From assembly GCF_001194135.2 (NCBI RefSeq), contig NC_068983.1:27488374-27552373 (forward strand): a stretch of 64,000 nt of DNA, read 5' to 3'. This document shows, one piece after another, positions 50,947 to 62,654 of the stretch. The DNA is from Octopus bimaculoides (taxonomy: Eukaryota). A program made the position numbers and the translations under genes. The notes below the pieces were generated by a model. It was given only the letters and a program-made list of their open reading frames with translations. It did not search any database and was not told the DNA's origin. The stretch's first letter is position 1. Each line of letters begins with the position of its first letter.

Positions 50947-52059
50947 GAGGGACTGGGTCGATACTTGAATCGTTGAACAGATCAAACGATATACCTGGGG
51001 AAAACTTGAGTAATATTGAATAAAGTATCAGACGCAAACAAATTATGATGACGTTACAGAAGATCCGAATCATGACTTGATTATCGTTTAAAGCCGTTGA
51101 TCGGAGGTGGTAATGCTATAAAAGCGCGAGCTTTATTTCATCTTTACCCAGACGTCTTTGAATATATAAATCCACATTTGTTGTTTTGTCATTATTGAAG
51201 ATAAAAGAAGTGGAAGAATAATATGGAAACAAACAAACACTAGTACACTAGATAAAATAGTTGAAATTGAATTAACATCGTTGCTTTTTTTTTCTTCGAT
51301 TTCCCAGTTTGTTATCTTTCCAATGCGAGTTAGACTTCATAAGATGGTGATTCTGAGAAAATGAATAATTGAATGAGCAGAGAGATACTATCCTCTAAAT
51401 TATTCGTGTATAATATGTAAGAAAAAAGAAGCGGGAACAAATGAAGAGAAAGATCATGGGCAAAGATAGCGAATTTCTGTTCATAAATGTATCAGTTATC
51501 GGACGCTAGAAGAGTATGACAAACTTCTGTGAAAATGTGTTGGTTACTACAAGAGTATTTCTTGCCATTCTATTATATATTCATGCGCATTACTGATGCA
51601 CTTTCAACAATAAAACTTTGAAGATATGTATTGTTTTTGAATTTCTAATCCTCGTAGAATTTTAATAAAAGGTATGTGCAACTTTTAGTGATGTTTCGGT
51701 TGTTTGCTTAACTAAAATTATATGTATTTCTATTTGTTTATCATAACTTTATCTCCTGTGGTGTTGCCTTTAAATGAGCTGCTGTTTGCTCTAATAACTG
51801 ACTTGTGTATTTTTAACTACATATATATATATTGCTATAAATTTAAACCCATACGAAAATAATCATTATTTTCACCGAAAGGAGAAATTAAAATAGACTT
51901 ATATAAACTCATACCACACTCACATTTACTTTAGAATGCAATGTAATAATATTAGTTGAATAACACAAAAGGTATTTTCAAATAGAGGCAAACTTTACAA
52001 ATATACCTGCATTGAAAGTAAGTCCAGTAATATTAGAAATTCACATATCCTTTTAGTGG

Positions 52060-52225
52060 AAATATGTGGTTTTGTGGCTAAGTTTTTAGACTCATGAGCG
52101 TAAGATTATAGTTCTTGAGCGTTGTGTTCTTGAGCGATACATTTCGTGTTGCTCCAGTCCACCCAACTGAAAAAAGTGAACGATCCTGCCACAGACTGGT
52201 GATCCACTCAGGAGGGAATATATAC
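52060..52225 (+). mobile_element. SINE family D, decayed
   Basis: GCGTTGTGTTCTTGAGCGATACATTTCGTGTTGCTCCAGTCCACCCAACTG core. Confidence 0.6.
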
Positions 52226-53766
52226 GTATGAGTATTAGGGAAACTGCCGTACTAGTCTACAAGACTGGGGAAGTAGATTTAACCATCTTACACATATCTT
52301 TTAATTTAAAAGTTAAGTCTAATGTTAATAAAAATTTCTAGTCTCTTTCGAACAGACATTTCCATACTACAGTTATCTCCATTACTAAAGTAAATTCATT
52401 AATCGGACCTATCTAAATTTTCGTCGCGGCTGTATGGAAAATATGAAAAACTAATTAACATACGGGTAAACAAAAACATGTGAGACACAGTGAACATAGA
52501 GAAAAATGAAATCACGTTCGCTCACTCTGGCGTATAAACCAGAAGTGAGAATTATGATAGACGTGTGTATGGAGGGTGGCAAATGAACGTCAAACTATTA
52601 CTTGTTAGGTGTTGGGCTGTGTTTCCCCTGGGCAAGCTGGAACACTACAAAATATGGACAACGTTTAAAAAAGTCTTTTCTGATACTTTAAAATTCAGTT
52701 ATTAAGTATCAGAGAAGGATTCATTAAAAGGTTATCATATTGTCTCATGTTCTTTCTTGGTCTGCGAGAATTCTAGCCTATGGTAGGCTAGCGTTTAACC
52801 AGACATTCACTCGATTAATTTTCACACGCCCCAATAACACAGGCGTTGGCTTTCCACAGCTATCATATAAAAATGTTTATATAACGCTCCAAGATTATGT
52901 TTAGATAGACCGTCACAAATCCTCGTCCTGTATGCAAACACATTTTCCCAACAAATCCGGAACACGCAAATAAATTCAACTTTTAAACTACTGGATAACA
53001 CATTATATTAATAAATATTTTGCATGTTTAGAAATTCTATTGGACATATATACACCCAAAAGAACTTGAATAATATTATATTGAAATTGCACTTTCCTCA
53101 CACTCACACATACCACATAAATTCTTGTGTGTAACCGTTCTGAAATTCTATGAAGGTTAACAAAGCTGCACAGATTTGGTCTTTATGCGTATACGACTGC
53201 GGTCTCAACAAGGAAATTAATCAAAAATGATATTTCTGAAATAGTTTGTAAATAGTTTACACATACACACACATACACACACACACAGATATATGTACGC
53301 TCACATACATATATATACACACTCATATAAATCCATACACAAGACACAAACACACTCACACACACATATACATACACATATATATAGCAACTCAGCTTTC
53401 CGATAGAACCTATATGGAGGCGTAAGAAATTGTACAACTCATGAAGTTCACTCTTTCGTGGTTTCTGTGGACCCACACGATTAAATTAGCTGTAAAGGTT
53501 ACTCTAAAATATTAAACTAATAAATTTATTACTTGAAAAACCATCGTCACGTTGTTCAGATAAAGGAAAACTGAGAAGCCAAACAGAGACTGCAAGAACA
53601 AAAAGAAAGAACAAAAAAAAGCAAACACATAGGGATAAAATAGCAACGTTGATGTATTTTTTACCGTTTGTGTACTTTTTAACGTATGATCTCAACTCAT
53701 CAAACCCGATAACACTACAACAACTTCTACAACACTAGACTAATAATAATAATAATAATAATAATC

Positions 53767-53812
<46 letters not shown>

Positions 53813-54256
53813 TAATAATGATGAAAATAATGATGATGATGATGATAATCATTTTGGTTTTTGTTGTTACTACTACTGCTAAACAAGGCGAGCAACTTTT
53901 AAATTTTAGAGACGCCTGTTTCTACAAAGAGAAGATGAGAAAAAGATCACCGGAAGGAAACAGAGATAACTTTAATGAAAATGGCAACAGCGGCATTTAA
54001 GAAGTGACTAGTAAAAGAAATCAAATAGATAGGGTGTGAGTAGAGTTCAGTGATATCGTACAAGATTTCTGACAGTAATAAATAGCTGTAAATGTATAAA
54101 CAGAGTGTTTGTTTATTATTTTGCCAGTGCAGATTGTTAGAGTTAGTAAGGTAGCAGAAAAAAATCCTGATGGTTTTAATTACATAGATTTGCGTTCTCA
54201 GTTCAAATCCTTACGACATTTTTGTTGCGGGTACAGATGAAATATGAAAGAGATTC

Positions 54257-54663
54257 GTTGTTGTTGTTGGCACTCCCGTCGCTTACGACGTCGAGGGTTC
54301 CAGTTGATCCGATCAACAGAACAGCCTGCTCGTGAAATTAACGTGCAAGTGGCTAAGCACTCCACAGACACGTGTACCCTTAACGTAGTTCTCGGGGATA
54401 TTCAGCGTGACACAGTGTGACAAGGATGGCCCTTTGAATTACAGGCACAACAGAAACAGGAAGAAAGAGTGAGAGAAAGCTGTGGTGAAAGAGTACAGCA
54501 GGATTCGCCACCATCCCCTGCCGGAGCCTCGTGGAGCATTAGGTGTTTTCGCTCAATAAGCACTCACAACGCCCGGTCTGGGAATCGAAACTGCGATACC
54601 ATGACTGCGAGTCCGCTGCCCTAACCACTAGGCCATTGCGCCTCCACGGCCATTGCGCCTCCA
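54257..54663 (-). mobile_element. SINE family C, full length, with duplicated 5' 16-mer
   Basis: Reverse complement of 13257-13640; (CAA)n tail. TSD AGATTCGT at 54251-54258 and 54663-54670. Confidence 0.92.
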
Positions 54664-56425
54664 GATTCGTGTATTGGTTTTTAACTAATCGACGATTTCT
54701 GATCTCAACTCAAATAAAAATCAACTGAGCTGGTGTTAAAAACGTAAAGACCGATTTTGTTGTCATCATCAGTGAAGATTATCGTATAAAAATGTATAAA
54801 GTTTCTCAATAAAGACTAATCCGAAGCAAAAATATTTACACTTGTAACATGAGTGATGAAAATGAGTGGGATGAGCAAACCTCACATCATTACCAAAATT
54901 ATATGAAACTACTATTATGGGAAGTCCACTGTCTGTGGATTAGAGAAACTCTGAATTCGTTAATCATCTAAAGATATAACTTCATATTGTCCGAATAATC
55001 TTATAACCACGGATAACGATGTATTATGTGTATAGGAACATAAATGGCAAGTAAATATCTAAATACACTACGTACCAATATGGTCGAGTATATCAATTTA
55101 TTACTTAACTCTACTTTATTTTATCCGTCTTCCATAGATGAAAGGGAAATTTGATCTTGGTGAGATTTGAAGTATGAGCTTGCAGAGTCGAAACAAATAG
55201 CGTAAAGCATTTTTACCGATGCTCTAAAGAATGTGCCACTTCTCCACAATCGTCTCATCTCGAATTAATGTTCTGCATCCATTGTTAAGTATGAACACTT
55301 CATGATCCGATTTGATAATTTTGTAAACATTTTGTTTGTATTTTGCACAATGTAACGACGGCCCATTAGATACAATTGAAAATGCATCACACAGAGGCGT
55401 AGTTAGACATGTAGGTCTTCAAACACACATACACACACGCACATACACACACGCACATATACACACGCACATACACACACGCACATACACACAAACACAA
55501 ACACATACACATACGCACACACTCGCTCACTCACGCATTCACATATTCACACATAAGGATGTACATAAAAACAGGATATGAAGCATGACACTGTATTAAG
55601 GCTTGTTAAAATATTTATACAAAATCTAATAATGCTAAAACACCTACAAAAATGATACCCCGCAATTCAGTTTCTTTGTCCCCCTAACACTGCAGTCGCC
55701 TACTCGCAAATGTTCGCTTGGGCGTATTTTGTATTGAGGAAGGCCAGAAGACACCTACGCTTAATGGACACCTGAAATTGCTTATGAGCAATTAGTCTGT
55801 GTATGCGCCTGTGTAGTGTGTATATATGTGTGTCTGTTGATTCGTTCAGACCAGTTTGTGTAAAATTGCATGTCCGTGTGTACGTGTGGATTGCTTGTTT
55901 CTGTGTACTTATAAGCTAGTCGGCTAATATATCCGTCTGAACGAAATTTAATATTAATTATATTAGCTTTGAAATAATAATAAAAATTGCTACCATAATT
56001 TCCTTCCTAATATAACTAACTAACCAGGAAATTATATAAATGTCTTTGCTGAAATCACTTAATGATTATTTCCAATGTAGCGACAGAAGGAATATTAAAA
56101 TACATTTCCCTCTCTAACTATAAATAAATCAATCGGAAGGTGAGAGTTGTAATTCGGAGGCTACGTGCCATCAGACTAGACTAGCTTGGTGAGCAGTCTG
56201 TATATTTATAAGTTCGTGCTCGCTCGTATACTTGTGTTATTCTGTTTCTGTTTTACTTTCTTTTTACTTTTATATCTTCAACGTAGAATAATTGTAACAG
56301 CAAACAATTAGTAAAATAAATAATTTAAAACTTATTTTAATGATAAATGGTTTCTATTTAGTCTCCAGACCGACAATTCTAATACTTGGGACAGTAATCG
56401 ATATCATTGAACCCAGTATTTCTAG

Positions 56426-56592
56426 ATACAGAGGTCCCGATGCATCTACATATCGATATGAAGGGGAGGGTTAGTTTTTAGGGTTAGGGTTGGTTAGGGT
56501 TAGGGTGTCGTTACACGTCCGCTCAGTGTACATTTACAATGTTTTGTACGTAACCCCTGTATTTAAGTAGTATCGTTAAGGGACCTCTGTAT
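56426..56592. mobile_element. Small non-autonomous DNA element (Helentron/HINE-like or MITE) with internal TTAGGG repeats
   Basis: 13-bp inverted repeats ATACAGAGGTCCC (56426-56438) / GGGACCTCTGTAT (56580-56592); partial internal copy CCCCTGTATTTAA (~56554); GGTTAGGG units at ~56468-56506. Confidence 0.55.
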
Positions 56593-56599
56593 TTAAATG

Positions 56600-56762
56600 T
56601 AACCAGTTTCACTTCAACGTTAAAATTTCACCCGCCGAGGTCAACCTTGCCTTTCATCCTTTCGGGGTGAACAAATTAAGTACCAGTTGCGTACTGGGGT
56701 CGATCTAATCGACTGGTCCCCTCCCTCCAAATTTTGTCCCTTGTGCCTAGAGTAGAAAAGAA
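56600..56762 (+). mobile_element. SINE family B 3' two-thirds, well preserved
   Basis: CCCGCCGAGGTCAACCTTGCCTTTCATCCTTTCGGGGTGAACAAATTAAGTACCAGTTGCGTACTGGGGTCGATCTAATCGACTGG...CCTTGTGCCTAGAGTAGAAAAG. Confidence 0.85.
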
Positions 56763-57516
56763 CATTAAAAATTCATTTGTGTCACAATATTTGTAATCGC
56801 GATCTGACAAAATTCCACAAAATTGATGCAACACGAAGTTTTGTCAGTGAGCACACACACACACACACACACACACATTCATTGCCTTTCATTTCTGTGT
56901 ATGTGCATCTATGTATGTCCTCCAGTATATATTGTTGCGTGTGTCACTCTTGAAGTCATTCATGCAACTTGTTTGTGTATATATTGGCTTAGTGGTATAG
57001 AATGTTCGGAAACTGTGAATAAGGGTCAGGTTTGGAGTACTTGCTGGTAACTTTTTTCTTCTCATCGTCTTCTAATAGTAATTGCCCAACTTCCTAGGCT
57101 CTTCTCACAGCTATTCTGCGTTCAAAAATTATACTACAGGTATTTTTTTTTTTAAATTTTCATTAAAAAAATAATGTCTCTACATTAACAGAATAAACTA
57201 TTCGTTTTCCAAATGGCGAAATGAAAACATAAAAGAGAAAGTGAGAGTCTTAGTAAATGAATATAGAATACTCCGCAGTGAATATAATGAATATTTGAAT
57301 TTGTGAGGAATTATACGCAATGAATGCAATGAATATTGGAATTTGCGAGAAACGGAGTTTAAAAAATTCAATAAACTTGAGAAATCGAAATTATAGGAAA
57401 TTGAATTTATAAAAAAAATATTTCCAGACGGTCAAATCTTTAATAATTGCTTTCTTTTAATATTTATAGTAAGTGTTACCTAATTAATAAACAGCTTTCT
57501 CCATTATAGTATAGAT

Positions 57517-57922
57517 TAAGGCGCCGAGCTGCCAGAATCGTTTTCCACATGATGTTAACTCTGTATTCCATTTCTCCATCGATCTCCTGATAAAATTTAA
57601 AATTTTATCAAACACCTCCTCTACCAACTCAAGACTTTCTAAAATCCAGGAATGAGGAACACGTAATAAGCTTTCTTATAACCGATCTATGCCATGCGCT
57701 GATTAGTATGTATTTTCTTGCAGTCGTTCAGTCCCACCCTGTTAAGCTAGACGGCGCTAAGCAGCATTTCATCTGTCTTTACACTCTAAGTTCAAATTTC
57801 GCCGAGGTCGACTTTCCTTTTCATCCTATCGAGGTCGATATAGTAAGTACCAGTACTGGTCTCCTTTTAATCGAACCCCTCCCAGAAGATCACTGGCCAT
57901 AAACCAGAATTAGAAACCATTA
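57517..57922 (+). mobile_element. SINE family B interrupted by a retrotransposon RT fragment
   Basis: Head TAAGGCGCCGAGCTGCCAGAATCGTT (57517-57542). Body resumes ~57745 (CTAAGCAGCATTTCATCTGTC...GTTCAAATTTCGCCGAGGTCGAC) and ends in an ATT tail. Confidence 0.75.
57533..57735 (-). mobile_element. R4/Dong-clade reverse transcriptase internal fragment
   Basis: LNDCKKIHTNQRMA*IGYKKAY/VPHSWILESLELVEEVFDKILNFIRRSMEKWNTELTSCGKR corresponds to the R4-type AWIDYKKAYDSVPHSWI RT motif. Confidence 0.8.
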
Positions 57923-57934
57923 TTATTTTTTATT

Positions 57935-58490
57935 ATTATTCAGTAGTCTTATTTTTATCATGTGCTTTCATTGCACTACCGAGCACAGCTCTGTGTACCT
58001 CGTCTATGTGCCGTGGTTTGTTGTAGCGCTTCTATTTTCACTGTCTAGAAAGTGTTATATGCAGGATGTGTGCGGTGCCTAATAATGCTATTTTCTGTAT
58101 GCTATATATACTTGTAAGTCCTGAAGTTTTTGTTATGTATTTGTCTGAATTGTTTTTTGGTCATAACTAATGCGCCTACTATAATAGGAATTATTTCTGC
58201 TTTTAGGCTCCACATTGGAGTTACCACTATTTCCAGATCTTTGTATTTTGAAAGTTTCTCCGTTTCTTTTAGAGAAACATTGTCATCTTTTGTATTGATA
58301 CATCGATTAGAATACAATTTTTGTTCTTAGGGATCTCTGACAACTATATCCGGCATTTTATCCTCGATTCCTTTATCTGTGTGTATTTGCATGTCTCAGT
58401 ATATGATTGCTTTTTCACTGTTTGTAACCTTTTCTGAGGTGTACCTATACCATATTTTTCTGTTGCTAATCCATAGTGTTGGCATTACCA
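57935..58490 (-). mobile_element. R4/Dong-clade retrotransposon 3' end
   Basis: CQHYGLATEKIWY...DMQIHTDK...PDIVVRD...DDNVSLKETEKLSKYKDLEI...IPIIVGAL...IQKIALLGTAHIL. Same 3' UTR as 3375-3760. Ends in AATAAT. Confidence 0.88.
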
Positions 58491-59944
58491 TTCTTGTTGT
58501 TTATCCCAGAATCTCTCTAAGCGTTGTATCTATCACTGGTTTCTGCTGCGTTTAAGCCTAGGAAAATGTAAGTATTTTGAAACCTAGCATACATAAAGAA
58601 CGAAATATCAGAGGTAAGCGCAACTATTTCACATGTATGAACGGGTTGCCCAATATCACGTCAAATTTCTATATCAAAAATGTATGACCGTCTTTCCATC
58701 TCGCCTCTTTTCACTGCTTTCTTAAATACCTCCAAGTCTTCTTGATTTAGCCCTCACGAACTGTTTCAGTTAAATTGGATCTCGTACAAGTTGTTTCACC
58801 TCTACAACACCTTTTCACGCATTACTTTGAGCTCTACAGTGCAACTCACACACTAATCTCATACCTCGGTTTTACTACCCTCCTCTCACTCTCTCTTATT
58901 TTATTGACATTTAACCTCATTGTTTTATTTCATTTAGCTTTTCTTTTGCAGTTTTATGACCATGACTATCATACATTGTACATTCGCTTTCTCTGAATAA
59001 TAGCATGTGCCCGAAATATTATTGCTTATTTCAATGATCACAGCAAATCGATACACTAGACACATCAGTAGAGTTTACACAACTATGTAATGCAATGTAT
59101 CTTTCCAGTTCCTAATTTGTTTGTGTATTTGAATGATGTTTCCGTATAAACTCTATCTTTTTATTCTATTGTTAGCTTGAGAGAATTAATAATTTTGTCA
59201 TATATATCAACAACGTGTTACATATATAAATTGTAAACTATTAAGGTGCTTCATTTCACAAATAAGCCATTTCAGGTTAAATGGAAGTGCAATTATCGTG
59301 AAAGCAACCTGTTATAGAGAATTACTGAAAATATATGTAAATGGTTTCCAGAAGTAGTCAGCAGTCTTGCGTGCACAGAATATGATTTCAAATATATAAA
59401 AGGTCAACAAATATGAAAGGTCAGAGGGCATTTGTTTTAACTTTATTGACTTTATAGTGGCAATTTATCGAGATGTATTTACAACTATTCTCTTCTCCTG
59501 AATATCATGCTGATTGGGCGTCATATATGCTGTGGCAGTTCAGTCGAGAAGCAGCTGGACTAAGCTAAAATATTGAGTTAAAACTTAAAGCATTTCATAT
59601 TTGTAACCTTTGACATTTCATCGTTACTAATTTCGAAGCAAGTTAGCTTCGAAATAATTTAGTTAATGTCAGTATGTTCCTTTTAGTATTACCTTTTATA
59701 AGTTCACATTGATTTTCCAAAGTATTCCTATATAGAAGATACAAAGTTTTGAATCTATGCAATGGGGTTCTTAGGCTCACAACGATATCTTTTGAATCAT
59801 AACAGCGTTGTTGAAGAAAATAAATTGTGTCAGCTGGGAATGAAAATATGCGCTTGGTGTTGATTAATCAGAATTAGCTCATTAATTATTCCCCTAGAAA
59901 ATCAGTGATTCATTATCAAATTATTTGTCAGTGTGGATTAGGTT

Positions 59945-60150
59945 TTAGAAGCGAGAAAAACAAAGCCTTGAAACCATGAATGCATTTGCCATGTGGCCAT
60001 ACACATTGCAAGAAATTGCAGCAAAATATCCCTGAATGGAACAACCCAACTGCTTTAAAAACATGGTAAAATACACTGAATAATGTAGCGTAAGAGAGAA
60101 TGCACATGAAAGTATGATGGACTGGTCGCATCTGGGCTGTACCTGATTAT
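59945..60150 (+). mobile_element. Possible RTE-clade LINE ORF remnant
   Basis: KTMNAFAMWPY...MKV*WTGRIW loosely fits RTE AFEMWCYRR and LKWFGHV motifs. Confidence 0.35.
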
Positions 60151-60318
60151 AAATCTGCTTATCCAAGGGAAGATCTGTGTATAAACAACAATGAAACAAC
60201 CACAAGCAATAGAAGTAATTTCGCTGTCTCTAAAAACCTTAAGTCTTGCACTAATATATGAATAGATAAATAGAGAGACGGGCAGACATGCAGCAGGCAG
60301 ACAGATAGATAAACACAC

Positions 60319-60362
<44 letters not shown>

Positions 60363-60394
60363 TAGTGATCAATTTTGCTTTCAAATTTTGCTTT

Positions 60395-60535
60395 CAAATT
60401 TTGGCACAAGAACGGCAATTATGGGAGTGGAATTATGCTCCACTGGTACTTACTTTATCGACCCTGAAATGAGATAAAAGGCAAAGTTGACTTCGGCGGA
60501 ATTTGAACTCAGAAATTAAAAAAGCAGACGAAATC
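60395..60535 (-). mobile_element. SINE family B, decayed
   Basis: TTGGCACAAG...CTGGTACTTACTTTATCGACCC...GGCAAAGTTGACTTCGGCGGAATTTGAACTCAGAA. Confidence 0.75.
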
Positions 60536-61303
60536 TAGAGGTTTGACAAAATCATTAGAGCGTCAGACACAACACTGTTTAGGAGTTAATTGTGGATCTT
60601 TATGTTGTGAATTCAAACTTTACCGGGTACAACTTTGCTTTTAATCATTCCGCAAATCGATAAAATAAATTAGTGGTTAAAGTGTTGATTTGATGGTATC
60701 GACTAATCAATTTTCCTCAAAATTACTGGTCTTCTAATTAATTTAGAGAAGTTATTATCTCACACTGCAATCCTTTCTTATTATAAGTTATTAAAAAGCA
60801 ACGAAGTTCTCATGTATTTATTATAATTCAAATTTTGCAAGCAGATGAATAGTACCTGGTAATTAATTACAATTCTCGATTTGAATAACTTCACAAATTG
60901 CAATAAATTTCGTAAAAATAAAGGCCTTATTTTCTTTTTACTCAGGTGTTTCGCATATTTATTTACAAGTTAAAATGTAATTTTCGTACGTTCTGGAAAT
61001 ATAAGTTAAATATTAAGTTGGAGAATTCAGTTATGACATGTGCTTCAATCGTATCACAATGAAAATAATTTCATGGAAGTAAAACATAAAATATATCTCA
61101 TTATAATTGGTTTAATTTACTCAGCGAATGATTCCTATATTGATTTAAGTATTGACTTTGAAGAATGAAAACGAAGATAAAATTTATAACTTTGTTAAAT
61201 ATCTTAGGTTCCGATTCTGCTATGCTTCTTGTGAACATATTACATTTTTATGCGGTAATAATGTATCACTAAACAGTTCATAAATTTCATTTTTCTATTA
61301 TGA

Positions 61304-62062
61304 GGCGCAGGAGTGGCTGTGTGGAAAGTAGCTTGCTTAACAATCACATGGTTCTGGATTCAGTCCCACTGCATGGCAACTTGAGCAAGTGTCTTCTACT
61401 ATAGCATCGAGATGACCAAAGCCTTGTGAGTGGATTTGGTAGTCGGAAACTGAAAGAAGCACGTCGTATATATGTATATATATTTTTTTCTTTTTTCCTG
61501 AGCGTCCAATGACACTGTACTTATTCTAAGACATCGCGTTGTTGTTTTTTAGTGTTTTTTTCTTGTGCTTGATCATGTTTGGATTGACTATAAATATANN
61601 NNNNNNNNNNNNNNNNNNNNNNNNNNNNNNNNNNNNNNNNNNNNNNNNNNNNNNNNNNNNNNNNNNNNNNNNNNNNNNNNNNNNNNNNNNNNNNNNNNNN
61701 NNNNNNNNNNNNNNNNNNNNNNNNNNNNNNNNNNNNNNNNNNNNNNNNNNNNNNNNNNNNNNNNNNNNNNNNNNNNNNNNNNNNNNNNNNNNNNNNNNNN
61801 NNNNNNNNNNNNNNNNNNNNNNNNNNNNNATATATCGATGTATGTGTATATGTTTGTGTGTCTGTGTTTGTCCTCCCAACATCGCTTGACAACCGATGCT
61901 GGTGTATTTACGTCCCCGTAACTTAGCGGTTTGGCAAAAGAAACCGATAGAATAAGTACTAGGCTTACAAAGAATAAGTCCTGGGTTCGATTTGCTCGAC
62001 TAAAGGTGGCGCTCCAGCATGGCCGCAGTCAAATGACTGAACAAGTAAAAGAGTAAAAGAGA
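61304..62062 (+). mobile_element. SINE family A, full length, with assembly gap in the internal microsatellite
   Basis: GGCGCAGGAGTGGCTGTGTGG head and complete 3' half ending GAGTAAAAGAG. N-gap at ~61599-61829. Confidence 0.88.
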
Positions 62063-62441
62063 ATTTTTTAAACGGTTTCAATATGGTTAATACAATTTTC
62101 AAGCATCGTTTGGGTATAAAATACGAAGTGATTGTCAATAATCAAAATATCAATACAAATTCATTCATAAAGAGAAACCAATGAATAGTCAGACCATATC
62201 TGAAAATTGAACTGACATGATTAGCAGAATTGGAAGGATGTCACTTGAATATAATTGGTGCCTTAATTATATAAGTTACTAAGAAACGTTTAATGAGCAA
62301 ATAACCTTAGACGAAACAACTCGAGATATGATATTTCTTCGATTGATTATAAACTTGCATTCTTCTAAAATGCAAATGAAATGCAGCGTAATGTGTGTGT
62401 ATGTGTGTGTATGTATATATAGACACACACACACATGTATA

Positions 62442-62568
62442 TAGGGTGTCCACAAAGACTGGGTACATGGAGTAAATAAAATCATAACGTAAACAATTAA
62501 AGATAAGAAATAATAATTTCTTAAAGTATGTGTTAATCCCCATGCACCCAGACATTGTGGACACCCTG
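62442..62568. mobile_element. Tc1/mariner-type MITE (127 bp)
   Basis: ~29-bp TIRs (T/C)AGGGTGTCCACAA.G.CTGGGT.CATGG at both ends; TA target-site duplication at 62440-62441 and 62569-62570. Confidence 0.85.
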
Positions 62569-62592
62569 TATACAGATAGATAGATAAATAGT

Positions 62593-62645
<53 letters not shown>

Positions 62646-62654
62646 CGATAGATA

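Noticed and set aside
52773-52791. CTAGCCTA-TGG-TAGGCTAG hairpin
   Set aside because: An 8-bp stem is expected by chance in 64 kb and has no supporting context.
56468-56506. TTAGGG repeats as a telomere or fusion relic
   Set aside because: Only a few imperfect units, enclosed in a small inverted-repeat element.
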